DNA of 64,000 nucleotides from a bacterium (GTDB lineage Bacteria; SZUA-182; DTGQ01): NCBI GenBank assembly GCA_040752695.1, contig JBFMGO010000015.1, positions 12,022 to 76,021 of the forward strand, read 5' to 3'. Shown piece by piece: positions 63,992 to 64,000 of this stretch (position 1 is its first letter; each line of letters starts with the position of its first letter). The notes under the pieces were generated by a model. It saw only the letters and a program-made list of their open reading frames with translations, ran no database searches and was not told where the DNA came from. The position numbers and the translations under genes were made by a program.

Positions 63992-64000
63992 ATGAAAAAG
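63992..64000 (+). CDS. Start of a gene truncated by the window end (MKK...)
   Basis: AAGGAGGT RBS followed by ATGAAAAAG. Confidence 0.55.

Overview
Bacterial chromosomal window (about 50% GC by eye, uncultured deltaproteobacterium-like gene content; taxonomy cannot be fixed from the sequence). Housekeeping blocks: truncated GspE/PilB ATPase, a complete V/A-type ATP synthase operon (G/H-C-I-K-F-E-A-B-D) riddled with short tandem repeats, rqc2, recO-era, pabB, nth, tatA/B-tatC-icd-mdh-ndk, feoAB, xseAB, trpEGDCF with a recognisable Trp-codon attenuator, sbtA, an APC permease-PII fusion plus a free PII, and adenine deaminase. The standout region is 22-32 kb, a candidate RiPP/protein-modification system. 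It encodes an RRE-M50 membrane protease, a stomatin(SPFH)-radical SAM/SPASM fusion, a PlpX/TIGR03913-like (tyramine-excising splicease-like) radical SAM/SPASM enzyme and a 234-aa YG-rich precursor. Next to these lie a secreted protein with about 34 tandem YG motifs, an M48 lipoprotein protease and a catalytically dead RRE-radical SAM. A second candidate is a translationally coupled HEPN / KGGVGR ParA-like ATPase / P-loop ATPase trio (38.4-41.6 kb) resembling a conflict or defence system. Four sigma54-type promoters precede secreted or nitrogen-related genes. No rRNA, tRNA, CRISPR array or transposase was seen. All family assignments come from motif recognition, not database searches.
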